Shown: positions 29,370-42,494, numbered from the stretch's first letter. The stretch is DNA of 64,000 nt from Schmidtea polychroa (GCA_044892525.1 CM097885.1:27530001-27594000), one strand, 5' to 3'. A program made the numbers and translations. Notes: generated from the letters alone by a model not told the origin.

Positions 29370-29975
29370 ATATCTACACAATTATTCGGTAATTTTTAAA
29401 AGTTTTGCAAGGTTAATTAATTATTTTAACTATTATTGTTTTTGAAATGTATATATACATCAATACCTCGGTTTGCGTGGTAAATTGGGACCAGAAAAAC
29501 ATTACAAACGAAAACAATGCAAAACGAAACACAATTATCCATATAATACACGGAAAAGCGAATGATCGGTTCCAAAACAAAAATTTTAATTTTTTGAAGA
29601 AAAATATAGACATTATAGTGTTTATCTTTAAAACAAATAATAGGATAATTAAATAATCTCTTTAAATCACATTTCAGAACATGAAATTCCGAAATTTATA
29701 TTGTCTCATCCTCAGTTGAAATCGTATTCACAGAAACATCTTTAATACAATAACATTTGATTCGCCATTTCGTTAATTTTGTACTCTTAAATTTTAAAAT
29801 TACATATTGTTAAATGAACTCGCACATAATCCATTCACTTTTTTATTAAACTTAAAACTAGGAAAAATTATTAAAAAAATGTTTTAGTTTTAATAAATGA
29901 TCATTAAACAAAAAATTAATTTAAATGAATTATTATAATAAATGTAAATTCGGGCGAAGCCGGGTACAACAATAT
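29370..29975 (+). mobile_element. Possible non-autonomous Helitron fragment
   Basis: 3' GC hairpin-like tcgggcgaagccgggtacaac (~29950-29970) resembles Helitron ends. The CTAG terminus is missing and the 5' boundary is a guess. Confidence 0.3.
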
Positions 29976-30416
29976 ATAAAGTTAAACGAAAAAAACTGAA
30001 TTAATTTTAAAAGTCAATATTATTAAATGAAATATTAATAATATTAAATGCAAAAGTCATACTAATAGATGAGAAACGCTTTAATTAAATTTTAATGTTT
30101 GATAATGTTTGTATAAAAATGTATTTGTATTTTGAATTATTTGATAAGTTAACATTTGTTTAATTATTTACCTCATTCTTCAAATTCTTTATCGTGAATT
30201 GTATTATAATTGATAAACTTACTTTAAATATTACTGTTGTGACCAAAAGTGAATTGAGAAATAATGATTCCCAAATGAAATTACTGGGCTTGAAAGGGGT
30301 TTTTAATGAATTTTATTAATAAATTAAATTATTTCCTCTGTAAAACATAAACTGAAACCTTATTTAAATTTCATTTAATCGACAGCGTGTTTGATTTAAT
30401 TAAAATATTTAATTAG

Positions 30417-30788
30417 GAACTTGAAAATCAAATCAAAACCTATTGTACTAACTCAACGACTTCTGTTGACAGTCAAAATCTAGCGACGAATTATCATAAC
30501 TACCTATTATTACACGAACAAAATCAGAAAATTTATCAGTCCAACGGCAAACAAACGTACTTAAAGAATACTAAACCAATTATTACAGACATAAATCGTC
30601 GGTTAGGGCCGATGAAAGATAAACAGCTTTCTCCTTTGGAAAATCAAATTGCATTTAAAATTGAACCGAGTTCTGGACATTCCTCCGGTGGAAATAATTC
30701 TCTTTCAACTACCTATCGAATTGAAGAAGAGGTCGATTCTCAATTCAACCTATCCCATGAAATGATTAATACGCGAAATGCCTATCAG
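30417..30788 (+). CDS. mitf-like: MITF-like gene, exon after the zipper
   Basis: aattag|GAA CTT GAA AAT CAA gives RNQ|ELENQ, matching the MITF RIQ|ELEMQ splice position. Open for 124 codons, including ORF 30612. Donor CAG|gtacat. Confidence 0.82.
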
Positions 30789-30898
30789 GTACATTTTGTA
30801 AATAGATTTAGATTTTGAATCATCAATATTAATTTTCTTAAATATCGAACCGTAAACTGCTAGATTCCCGCTAAATATTATAGGAATGTGTATGGAAG

Positions 30899-30900
<2 letters not shown>

Positions 30901-30988
<88 letters not shown>
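30901..30988. repeat. (TA)n microsatellite
   Basis: Pure TA run. Confidence 0.98.
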
Positions 30989-30992
<4 letters not shown>

Positions 30993-31199
30993 GACATGCT
31001 CACTGTCATCATCAGGTAGAATTGAAATTCGAACTAAATCAATCTAAATTTCTCTTTTTAAAACAAACCAATTCATTAATTTTTTTCAATATAATTTTGC
31101 TGAATAATCATGAAATTCTGTTTTAAAATTTCCAAAATTCATAAAAGTTGAAATCAAGCATTTCAATAAATCTTTCACAAAATTGTGTTTACAAATATT

Positions 31200-31630
31200 A
31201 ATCAATTCATTCAGTCGATAGTGATCAGGGACTTGAGAACCGAGATGATGGGAAGTCATTCCAATGTATGTGGTATTACACTGATGACATAAATATTCAT
31301 AACCAAGATCCGAACACCATCTAATTAGGACTTGAAATCCACTAACAAACCCGAAGTTAAAAAAACAGGAATTAGAAACAACCTTACGACACTTAAATAC
31401 ACAATTTCTTGTTCAAAATCTTTACGCAAACTGTATAACACTCCAAATACAAAAATGTAAACTTAAACATCAAAATGTGTTTGAATATATATAAATCAAT
31501 TCCCCCAATCGACAGTTATCAAGAACATGAGAACCGAGAGGACGGGCAGTCATTCCAATGTATGTTGCATTGCACCCATTAAATATATATTCATAACCAA
31601 CATCTGAATACAATGTCAGCAAGAACCGAA
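31200..31630 (+). repeat. Diverged tandem duplication (~290-bp spacing)
   Basis: gagaaccgag..gggNagtcattccaatgtatgt...attcataaccaa occurs at ~31235 and ~31529. Confidence 0.7.
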
Positions 31631-32559
31631 ATAGACCAACTTCACAATTTATATCTCACATAACCAATTCAATCATTTATAGTTTTTCTTTCATTGATTT
31701 TCTACATCTCCTCACCAATTCCAAAGTGCTTCTATTGAGTATTGGGAAAAACAAAGTATAAATTGCAAATTGTTTATAAATCGAGATTACTGTTTATCAG
31801 TCAAGATTACTAAATTGCTAAATTTGCTGTTTTTTTAGGAATTTCTTGATCTATTTTCATCTTACAAACAAACAAAACTGTTATTTGTGATCTGTGGTGA
31901 ACAAATAATTATTAATTTATTGCAGTTGACCTTTAGCAATTCACTGGAACAAATTTATTTTTTATATTATTTTTACAATTTGATATCTTTCTAAAAAGTA
32001 GTTTTATATTTACAAAGGAAAAGCCAAAAAAATAACATTAATATCATTGGAAATTAAATTGAAAAAAGTTCTTTGATGTTTTTAATGATATTTTGAAGTA
32101 AGATATTGAGAAAATACAAATTATAAATTATATACAAATTAAAAAATTCGAAAAAATGGAAAAATCTGTAAAAAAAGAATTTTCGAAATCAAAATTTCAT
32201 GAGAATGAGAATTGCGATACAGTGTATGATTTTATTTAAAAAAAGAAATTTTTTCGTTTATTTAATGAAAAAAGACAAAATAGTGCAGAAAAGGATCAAA
32301 ATTTTAATTTTCAAATCCCTTGTTTATTCAGAAGCTAGCTTTCTGAAATTTTTAATTATTCGTAAGCTTTAAATAAATAATAAGGTAGGACTCGAGTTTT
32401 GGGGTAGTGAAAACAAATAAAAACATTAAAACATAAAAATTGATTATTTTACTTATTTTTTCAATCCCTTGCAAAGGATATTTTTGACTTGAACGAGTTT
32501 ACAATGAATGAAGAGGATACACTGGGATTTACACTCAGCTGATACTGCGGCGTTTGTGC

Positions 32560-33000
32560 AAAAAACAGGAACTAAGAATGTGGTAAAATTTGACACGGAA
32601 TAAATGGGAGATGGCGCTGTAGTAGTAGAAGTTGCCGGTCATGAGAAAATATTTTTAAGAGTAGTATTTTTGAAGGAAATCATATTAAAGCAAATGCCTA
32701 TGAATCATGTATTTAAAATATTGGATAATTGGTGTGATGTGATCTGCAGGCGCACAAAACAAGTTAGGTGCATGTTTATACGTAATAGAAGTCATGCAAC
32801 GTGTTTGGAATTCATCCAAGCAAATGTCTTAATTGGAACGACCATCATGACTGACAAGTAGTGAGGTTATACAGACTTAGTGATTATGGCTATATACATC
32901 ATACTATAAATCATTCAGTTGACTTCGTTGATTATCTACAGCCTCATATTCATACTCAAAGTATTGAAAGATTTTGGCGAACAGTAAAAAGTATTCTCCA
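32560..33000 (+). pseudogene. Merlin (IS1016/IS1595-like) transposase remnant
   Basis: RNRSHATCLEFIQANVLIGTTIMTDK**GY...YIHHTINHSVDFVD...HIHTQSIERFW matches the Merlin GTxIxTD, VNHS and HTQxIE motifs. Confidence 0.85.
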
Positions 33001-33959
33001 TCCTGTCAACATTTTCTGAATTGTTTAAAAAACATTTTAATCGAATAGTCATGGAAAAAAACCTTGGTGCTTCTAATAAGAATAAATAAACTCGAAAAAC
33101 TTTTTTGTATTGTTTTTATTAATATTTCTGTTTCCCAAAACCCAGGTCTTACCGTTTCATCTAAATATTTTCTCGGGTGGTCTAGTAACCTATCATTGAA
33201 TGAATATAAAGGAAACGACAACAAAATTTGCCAATTTACAGGAAAAACAGTTTATAAATAAAGTTAGAAGTAGATTGTAAATAATTTATCCCTTATTTTA
33301 TTTCATGAGTTACAGGTCTTTCTATATTTTAAAAATCATTTAATTTCCGTTGGCAAATTTGTTTAATAAGCAATAAATATTACTTGTATCTTGTACTTGT
33401 AATCTTATCTTTTTCACAATTGATCCATTTTCATATTTTTTTTATATTTAACTTGAATTTTGGAGGAGTTTTTTTCAAGAGTTTCCATAAAGTCTGTTAA
33501 AAATCGTTAATTATAAAATAAAATATTGATAACCAAAATCAACAGCTTTTAAAATTAATTAAATTAAATTCCTGTTTTAAACAATATCAAAGCAATGAAT
33601 TATTTGTAATTTTACTTTAATGCAATATTTGATCATAAATATTTTTGATTGATTTCAACAAATAAATTTAACTTGTATTATTAATTTATACAATTATAAT
33701 TGATAATCATTTGAACATTAGACAGTAACTGTAATTTAAAAACGTATTAAATCTCTGTATGGATCATTTATAAAAAGTCCAGGTTGGTCATTTGTTCGTC
33801 GATTCCTTTTTCATTACCATGGTGAAATAAATGGCCAAAATATAATTTTGACAGATTGTCCATTCAGTTAAATAATTTGAGATTATAAGGGGAACTGATA
33901 ATAGTTCCTATGCAAATATGATATGGAATTCAGTAGGTTACTCTCGATTTCACATCTCT

Positions 33960-34761
33960 ACTTATAAACATGAATATCTCTCAGGTATATTTCTCCAGAA
34001 ATAGCCACTAGATTAAAACATTCTAATATTTCATGTTTAAACAAAAAACCTTGGATAACAATTGCATTTTTACACATTGGTTTAATGAATATTTTATTCC
34101 AGAAACCGAAATTTATTGGAAGAAAAAAATCTTCCGTTCAAAGTTATTTTAATTTTGGATAATGCGATTGGTCATCCATAAAATATGCATCACCCAAATG
34201 TTGAAATTGTATTTTTGTTTCTCAATACAACTTCCATAATTCAACCTTTTGACCAAGGAGTGATTTCAATATTCAAGACATACTACATGACGCAGACATA
34301 TCAAGAAATATTAAATAATGCATCACTTAAGGTCATGGAAGTTTGGAAAAGTTTTTCTATCTTAAATTGTGTAAAGCAAACTGGATCATCAATCAACGAA
34401 ATTAAAACTTCAATTTTAAATGCCAGTTTGAGAAGATTATAGTTAGAAGTGGTTCAAATTAAGCATACAATTTCACCAAAGAATGAGGAATTTAACACAT
34501 GCATTGGGAAAGGGAATTGGAAATTTAGAATTCAGTGAAATTGATAGGTTATTTGTTGATCAGGACATAGACGAAGGATTTATTAATATGGTAATGAACT
34601 CCGATGATGCAAATCTTGAAAATGTCACTAACAAACCAAATGAATTTAATTCGAAAACTAGTGCTGGAATTCTAAAATTACCCAATATGTTAGAAAAAAA
34701 ACTTTCATCGATCTACGTATCGAAAGTGCTGTTAAATTTCAAGAAATTTACAAGGATTTGA
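33960..34761 (+). pseudogene. Tigger/TIGD1-like DDE_1 transposase remnant
   Basis: WFNEYFIPE, LPFKVILILDNAIGHP* and NTTSIIQPFDQGVISIFKTYY, with stops and frameshifts. Confidence 0.85.
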
Positions 34762-35062
34762 CAAAAAGGAAAATACAAAAATTAGTTACTTATTATTTAA
34801 CATTTAACAAGGATTAATAGATAAGAATCTGCTGCTAGATATATATATATATATATTTGATGATACTGATGACTTCGAGCAAGCTCGAAAGAAAACAATG
34901 GGTCTGCTGCCAACAAATTATCGTATAATATTGTTAAAATATCACGTGGTCAATTAACAATAAAATGAATTAAAATGAATTAAATTAAAAACCAAAATGA
35001 GAATTTTCGACTATCAAATAATCCTCTTCAGAAGTCCTTTAAATACATAATTAATAATAATA

Positions 35063-35089
<27 letters not shown>

Positions 35090-35094
<5 letters not shown>

Positions 35095-35250
35095 AGAACT
35101 TTTTTTTTCAAATTTCACTACTGATTTCTGTTCCCATTCTATTTATTAAAAAGCTTGACAATGAATCAGTAAATATATGGATGTTTTTGATATTCTATTT
35201 ATTTTTGAATATCGATATATTTATTGATTCATAGTCAAGCTTTTTAATAA
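35090..35250. repeat. Short fold-back repeat family member, followed by (ATT)n
   Basis: Inverted arms ttattaaaaagcttgacaatgaatcagtaaatatat / atatatttattgattcatagtcaagctttttaataa. Related copies at ~12980-13100, ~20250-20372 and ~63800-63930. Confidence 0.75.
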
Positions 35251-35269
35251 ACTATTATTGTTGTTGTTG

Positions 35270-35330
<61 letters not shown>

Positions 35331-35581
35331 TATTATTAAAACTATCTCTTTAACGTGGCCATTCATCAAGAGATCTGTAAGTTATTGCCATTAAGATTAA
35401 TCAAAAGCCAAAGGTCTAAAGAACATTTGATCTGTTCACATTGTTTACAACGAATTTCACATTCACCACCATACATATGAAAAATAAACAAATATTAAAT
35501 ATTGATTGTAAAACTGCAATGTGCGAATACTGATTATTTTTAAACAAGCGAAATTCGATTTACGTTTTATTTCACCTTCAG

Positions 35582-35695
35582 ATCACAAATAATAATCATC
35601 CGTCCTTGCCGTCCATGCACAATGACTCGTATTTCAGTTCCAACACTCACTTTCGGTGCATGGACACTCACAAATATGAATCTATGGAATGTTAG
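35582..35695 (+). CDS. mitf-like: MITF-like gene, probable last coding exon
   Basis: ttcaccttcag|ATC... reads ITNNNHPSLPSMHNDSYFSSNTHFRCMDTHKYESMEC*. Phase 0 fits, the acceptor is strong and the segment is a GC-richer island. Little homology support. Confidence 0.6.
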   Translation: MTNNNHPSLPSMHNDSYFSSNTHFRCMDTHKYESMEC

Positions 35696-36384
35696 CCAAT
35701 TAGTGAGTGCGTAAGTGTTTACATAGTCAATAATGCAACTTTTTGTTATTGAAATTTATTTTTATATTGAATTTGAACGTTTTGTTATTGGAAATATTGA
35801 CAATATGTTCGATTTCCTCTACCTTACTTTCAATGCTGCCTTTATTTTGTATTAATTCTGTTATATCATAAACTAATCCAATCAATAAACTGGGAATTTA
35901 ACGGGAAGAATTTCACTTGACTTTTCAACCATTCGTTGATACAATTATGCAATGATTTGTTGAATTTCCTATAAGGCAATCAATAATAATAAATATGCAT
36001 TACATGTGCCCATTCGAATTAGTTTGGATAAAACTTATAACAAGCTGAACTTAAGCCTTCTAAATGTCCTATAAGGTATCACATGTCTATGAGACAGAGG
36101 TAATTACCGTGCATTCATTTCCAATATTTTGTTAGGAATGCTTATAAATTGTATTTATTATGATTATTTTGTGATCACTTGGCGTTTGTCGGATATAGAT
36201 TATTGGGGAATTGCGTTAAACTTACAAAAGAGTTACTTCAATGGATTATTTCATATTCATTTTCGTGACTGACGTCTTCTCTCGGTTTAATTTGCTTTTA
36301 ATTTTAATATCATTATTAATTATCAAGCACTTATGGCACTGCCAAAATATAACATAATTACTCAATCAATATGATTATATTTTA

Positions 36385-36895
36385 CTCAATATAGTAATAT
36401 TTGAATCAATATAATAATATTTGAATCAATGTAATAATATTTGAATCAATATAATAATATTTGAATCAATATAATAATATTTGAATCAATGTAATAATAT
36501 TTGAATCAATATAATAATATTTGAATCAATGTAATAATATTTGAATCAATATAATAATATTTGAATCAATATAATAATATTTGAATCAATATAATAATAT
36601 TTGAATCAATATAATAATATTTGAATTAATATAATGATATTTGAATCAATGTAATAATATTTGAATTAATATAATAATATTTGAATCAATATAATAATAT
36701 TTGAATCAATATAATAATATTTGAATCAATATAATAATATTTGAATCAATATAATGATATTTGAATCAATATAATAATATTTGAATCAATATAATAATAT
36801 TTGAATCAATATAATAATATTTGAATCAATATAATAATATTTGAATCAATATAATGATATTTGAATCAATATAATAATATTTGAATTAATATGAT
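36385..36895. repeat. 20-bp minisatellite (TTGAATCAATATAATAATAT)n, ~25 copies
   Basis: Head-to-tail units with single-base variants and no spacers. Confidence 0.97.
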
Positions 36896-37987
36896 GATAA
36901 TAATATTTTACTCAATATTTTTTTTACTTAATAGTTTTATATTATATTTTTATTTACTTAATATTTGAATCAATGGCATAGTAATAGAACATATTGTCAT
37001 ATTGCGGCATGCCACATGGGTTTGCATTAATTATTGGATTATTATTACATTTTGTCTAATTCCCTACAAATATTTGTCTAAAATAATATAATAATCTGAA
37101 AAATGAGCACGCAAATCTAATAATGGTTCCAATCAATTCAGATTGGTCATATTATTGATGATGTCTATAATTATCAATTAATGGAATATCTTGTAAACAA
37201 TCTGAGTGCCATTCGAGTGGGGGGGGGGTGAATAATTCCTCATTTAGTGGGTATATCAATGATCAATACTAATCAATTCTATTTTGTCTCAACATATTTA
37301 ATTTGATTTTTTGTTTCAGATGGCTGCATCTTGACATTTTTTATAATAATCAGCATGTACAATTTAGTTTTTTAATCGGAAAGATTTGTTAATGCTCTGC
37401 GTGCTTGAATTTATAGAAAGCCCTCATTTTACAAGTGCCTTATAAGCATTGTTTAGATTTGATTATTGATTATTACTTTTTTGATTTTTTAAAGATTTTA
37501 TTGAGTGAAATGTGTTGAAATCTGTATCTAGGTGCATAAGATGAATATTGATTTACCGAATACTTTCATATCATATGATCTTATTGATTTCATATTTTTA
37601 TAATTCAATATATTAATTTTGGTAAATAAATCGATTGTCAGTTGTTTATTGATTATTTCTTATTAATTTCATCCATTTACCCATGACCGTTTGAGGGCCC
37701 CATTGCAAATAATGCAATAAATGTTCTATCGAATCTGGAATATAAATTAACTTCTTTTTATTATTAATTTTTTTTAATTCGAATTAAACACATTTTGAAA
37801 AAGGCTGTGTAGAAAATTCATGAATATCAAATAAAACATCGATTTCTTTACTGATTTATAGTCATAAAATTTATGATCAATATTTATTGGAGGGGACAAA
37901 ATTATTAATTATTGCAATTTATCGAGCGATGTTAAAAGTTGACATTGAAAAATAGAAAAAAATATTTCAAGATAATAAACAAATTTA

Positions 37988-38684
37988 TTGTTAATTGTTA
38001 ACAATGTATACTACATAGAATATATTTTTAAAAATTCAGTAAAAAGTGTTGATAAATTAGTTGAATTACTGGTGAAGAATGGCTACTCAAAACGGTTTTT
38101 ATTGTTAACGTTGAAAGAGACTGTTGATAAATGTATGAATAATGCTAAGGATCGTAGTATGAATGAATGTAAATTGACTGATATGTCGAATGATGTAGTG
38201 AATATGAGTATTGATACTAACAAACAAGATGAGCCAAAATATACGATGGTATTGCCGTATTCTGAAGGATATAAAGATTTCAAAAGAAAGATTGGTATAC
38301 AGCTGGGTACATTGAATTATAGAAGTGTTTCAAAATCATGCAAAGTACGTAGTATGTTTGTTAGTAAATCTCAAAGGCCGGTTGGTTTGTGTTTGGATCT
38401 CGTTTATCAATTCACATGTAATGGGTGTAATGCCACATATATTGGAGAGACTTCCTGTCATCTCTCTACTCGAGTTCAAGAACATTGTCGACCGAAGGGA
38501 GTGTCCAATATTAAGGATCATAAAAAAAGTCTGTATGAGAGAATTAGGAATGTCTGATTTTAAAATCTTATAAAAAAATGTTGATAATTGTTTTGAGCGT
38601 GTGATATGTGAAGCATTATTGATAAGAACTTTTAATCCTAAAATCAATGTGCAGAATACGCGTGTGTTGAATGTTTTTAATTAG
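37988..38684 (+). pseudogene. 5'-truncated Penelope-like element: RT C-terminal region and GIY-YIG endonuclease
   Basis: LLVKNGYS, MVLPY and LVYQFTCNGCNATYIGETSCHLSTRVQEH, then a frameshift to SDFKIL*...ICEALLIRTFNPKINVQN. Confidence 0.88.
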
Positions 38685-38850
38685 GTTTTTGTATGTTGAT
38701 TTATATTAATAATAGTTATGTTAAATAATAAAAAAATAATTTTTTAAATAATTGCGTAAAATTTTTATTTATAATTTAAAATTTATAGATTGTTTAATTT
38801 TATTATATATTATCAATATAGTATAGTTATTCATTAGTCTTGAATGTAGG

Positions 38851-38892
38851 TAATCTGATGATGATAGTGATGCTTTCGAAATATATAGTGAA
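38851..38892 (+). ncRNA. Minimal type I hammerhead ribozyme motif in the Penelope 3' pLTR (degenerate)
   Basis: CTGATGA-T-GATAG-TGATG-CTTTC-GAAA-TATA-TA, with a palindromic ATATAT stem III, ~170 bp after the GIY-YIG stop. Stem II has one mismatch and stem I is weak. Confidence 0.65.
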
Positions 38893-39599
38893 AAGGATGT
38901 ATGAATGGCGATTTTTATTAATAAAATCTTTACCGTGTTTATTTAAAAAATGTATAGTGTTTTTTCAGGGATATTTGGCTTAGGTTTATACTCCTCACTA
39001 CTCTAATAAAGTACAATTATTATCTTTGAGGTCTAAGATCAATTATTATTATTTAATGTGTTAAAGGTCAATTATTGCATAAGAGGTCAAATATCACCTT
39101 AAACTTAAATAATCAATTATTGTGCAATCGATATATCATTATGTCTTAATACCTGTGATTACGTAATGCTAAATAATTATGTAATGTTATACCACCCAGG
39201 GTGCATAGATAAATATTACGTAACACTGTATATCCTGGTATATTTGGCTTGGTTTATACTCCTCACTTGTCACTTGGCCATTTCAAATTTGGCTAAAATA
39301 AATTTCAAGAAATGAAATTTATTAAATTGTTGAGTCAATTTAATGATGTACAAACTAACCACCACTATAGAAAATGTATCTCAGTGTTGTTTGGTCAAAA
39401 TATTTCTTCGCTATAATTGATACTTAATTGCGAGACAATCGATATCTTGGTGTTATCAACATACTTAAATATAATCAAACTTTAATTTAAATTGAACATA
39501 GTTTTATAATTGGAATATAATTGCCACTAACATAATTCGAAATATTTATGATTCTGGAAATGAAGATATTCAATTTCAATGTGGTTTTCTATACATTAT

Positions 39600-41650
39600 A
39601 TGAAGTTAACCGATGCAAACTGATTAAATATTGGGATCACACCACGACACGAAGGGAATTTTCTTTGTTGCGCTCTGAACCTAATCGATTGTATGTCACA
39701 TCTCTAGCTAAGATGATGTGATAATTTACCGATTCTAATATCAATCGGACATCCAGTCGACGATGGTCACACCAGATATCAAAGCCGAAACAGACACATG
39801 TAACCGATGGCACATACTCACCCAGGATATGATTCGCCGACACTCGAATTATTTTGAGGCCACTCGTCCAGAGTCGTCGATAGGATTTGCAAGGGGGATC
39901 GAGACTCAAGCAGCCAAGGAAATTCAATGAACGAGTCAATATTTGGATCCAAGCTCGTGAATGGAAGGCAGCCCGGGTTCGAGCATGGAACCAGAGTCAT
40001 CGGTTGGAGACCTCCCCCGACAAGCGGAAACTCCAGCGAGAAAATGCCAGACCGAATACCACCAATGATCATTCTCAAGCAAGAACCGGTCATATTGCAC
40101 GAACCCAAGCCGTTCATGAGGTGCGCATGGCGATAAACAGGCAGAGAAAGGACGAGAAATCTTGCAGGGACTCATTCCGAGTACGGACGGAGAACTGATG
40201 AGCTTCAATGATGAGGAATGGGCCGACGATTTGGTCCAATTAAACAACAGAAAGATCCACTTTCCGGACTCGGTGAACTGGTTGCCTCTGAAACCCCGGT
40301 GGAAACGAGGAAGGCCACGCGCTTCGGTTGTAATTTTTTGTAATAATTTCCTTCTAGGGATCCCATTGACTTTATTTTTATTATATTTGAACTCGTCTCA
40401 TTGTTTGGCATCCGCCCATACCTGTTTCCCCCAAAATATTCATTTTTGATTTTTTGGATTTTTAATTAATATTTTTGTAATTTTAATAATTATTGTGAAT
40501 ATGATGTTTTATTGATTTTCACCTTGTTTTTGCGCCTGTCTCGTCGAACTCTACATAACTAATCCCAGTGGTAGCGGTTTGAAAAATAGATGTAAACAAT
40601 ACCAGTGGTAATGTTCTGAATTTTCTCTTTCATTCCAGGTTTAAAATACAATACAATACCCAATTTCCAAATCAAATTTGCTCTCAACCGATCACCTATC
40701 CATCATTGTGTCTAGATCCTGGTGGATAAAATTGCAATTATAGTCAAAGGAGCAATCAGTAAAGGATGCCAGGGTAGGCGAATTAAAAGAAACCAGTAAA
40801 TTTACAACGAGACCACCAACCTTTAACCACCGTGGGTAAATGAGGATGGCTTTTAGTGGCAATTTCATAATAGTGGAAATATCTATTTAATTGGGTCCAT
40901 TTAGTGCTTAAACTAATGGAAAATCTACGGGCTGACAAGGAAACTCCCCAAAAGGCGTTGGAGAAACTACATCGCCGGGTGTCCAAACTCAAGGGCCGAT
41001 GCAGAGAGATGTAAAAAACATCTGCAGCTCACTCAGCAGCTGTAGACGCAAAGCAAACTAGATAAAATTGAACTAAAAACCTTTAGGATCCGAGTGCGTC
41101 AGTTGGAGACGCAGGTCAACCAAGAGGCAATCGATCGAGACTTGGTTGAGCACATCTAACCTCTAAGCCTAGAATTGGCGGAGTTAATTAAGGGTCAATG
41201 AAGAAGTGCAGACTGGGAAAGGTCGAGAAACGGGGCTTCGGGCTCATAGAGAAGCGCACATTCCCCCAAAGCCAGAAATGATCAATTGTTGTAATGTAAA
41301 CAAAAAAATATCGTCTACATTATAGTTATATATTTGATAAATACCGGATTCATAAGAGTTAATTTTGGTTAATATGCGACAAACAAAGAGGGGCCTAAAA
41401 CGAAGTTGGACATAGGCTTTCTATCGGCAGTCTGGGAAGCCGCTCGAGTAATTACCTAATATAGTGCACAAAATTACGCTCACTTTTCGGAAGTACTCAC
41501 TCACTTGATACAGTTCCAACGTTGATCACTCAACGGGTATCGAGCGATACATCATTCTTGTATTCTGGGTTACGCTGGAAACAGTACGAAAGGGTGAAAT
41601 GTGAATTACATGTAACCCACCTGAACATTGTATTCAAATAGGTCTGATCA
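39600..41650 (+). mobile_element. Unidentified GC-richer repeat element, copy A (two decayed ORFs plus a conserved non-coding block)
   Basis: Homologous to the reverse complement of 44740-46500 at both peptide and DNA level (see findings). Confidence 0.7.
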
Positions 41651-42494
41651 TCGTACTTAAACTACAATTAAAAAATGGCAGAACACTGCTCCAATTTTTC
41701 GGGTAACCCTGATCATTGTAGAAAATCTAAAGCTCAATTTTCAAACGTGAGAGTAAAGGCGGATCCCGGTCCAAATTATTTACAGCAAAACACGACAATG
41801 AATTAAACTTTCAAAACTGGGAAATAAGAGCGGATCCCTGTGCAAAACTTTGGTACAAAGCGATGAGATTAGCAAAACAACCTAGAGCACCTTAGAGTGT
41901 TGGCCCAGACTCAGTAGATTTCTCTGAATTTGCAACTAAGGTTCTCAACAAACTTAGAAGGACATTGTAACTGAAAACCTTTAGGAAAAAAGAATTTGAA
42001 TAGAGAATCTGGTTGGATCTCTGATTAATTATAATAAGAAAAATTCTCATAATTCTAATCTAACTTGTAAATTTTCCAAGATAGTCATAACGAGTAAATA
42101 AATATCTGTCAAGCGCCATAACACTGATCACTTAACGGAGAATTCAGCAAAAATATTACCTAAAAATCTAAGGATATTTTAAAAACTGCTACATTGGAGA
42201 ATCATATTAGAACCTGTGGGCTTGGTAACGATCATAGAATAGCTCACCGATAAAATATATTTAACGCCACGATAGGCGAGATGCGTAACTAGCAGTAAAA
42301 ATATCGTCCACTAGTCCACAATATCTACTGTAGCCACAACCCTGAGATAGGTTCAAGAAAGATGATTCAGTTACCTCGACATTTGCCGGTAGAGACGGTT
42401 TAGAATGCATGCATTTTGTTGCAAGAAAATCTAGTAAAACCGTGACTAACGACAAACGTCTCGCAAAGTAACGACATTGTTATTCCGAAATTAA

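Noticed and set aside
36385..36895. CRISPR-like repeat array
   Set aside because: The 20-bp units are contiguous with no unique spacers, there are no cas genes and the context is eukaryotic. It is a minisatellite.
38966..39270. Two ~30-bp direct repeats (tatttggctt.ggtttatactcctcact) as an element boundary
   Set aside because: The repeats are real, but no TIR/LTR/TSD pattern could be fitted. Probably a local duplication beside the Penelope insertion.
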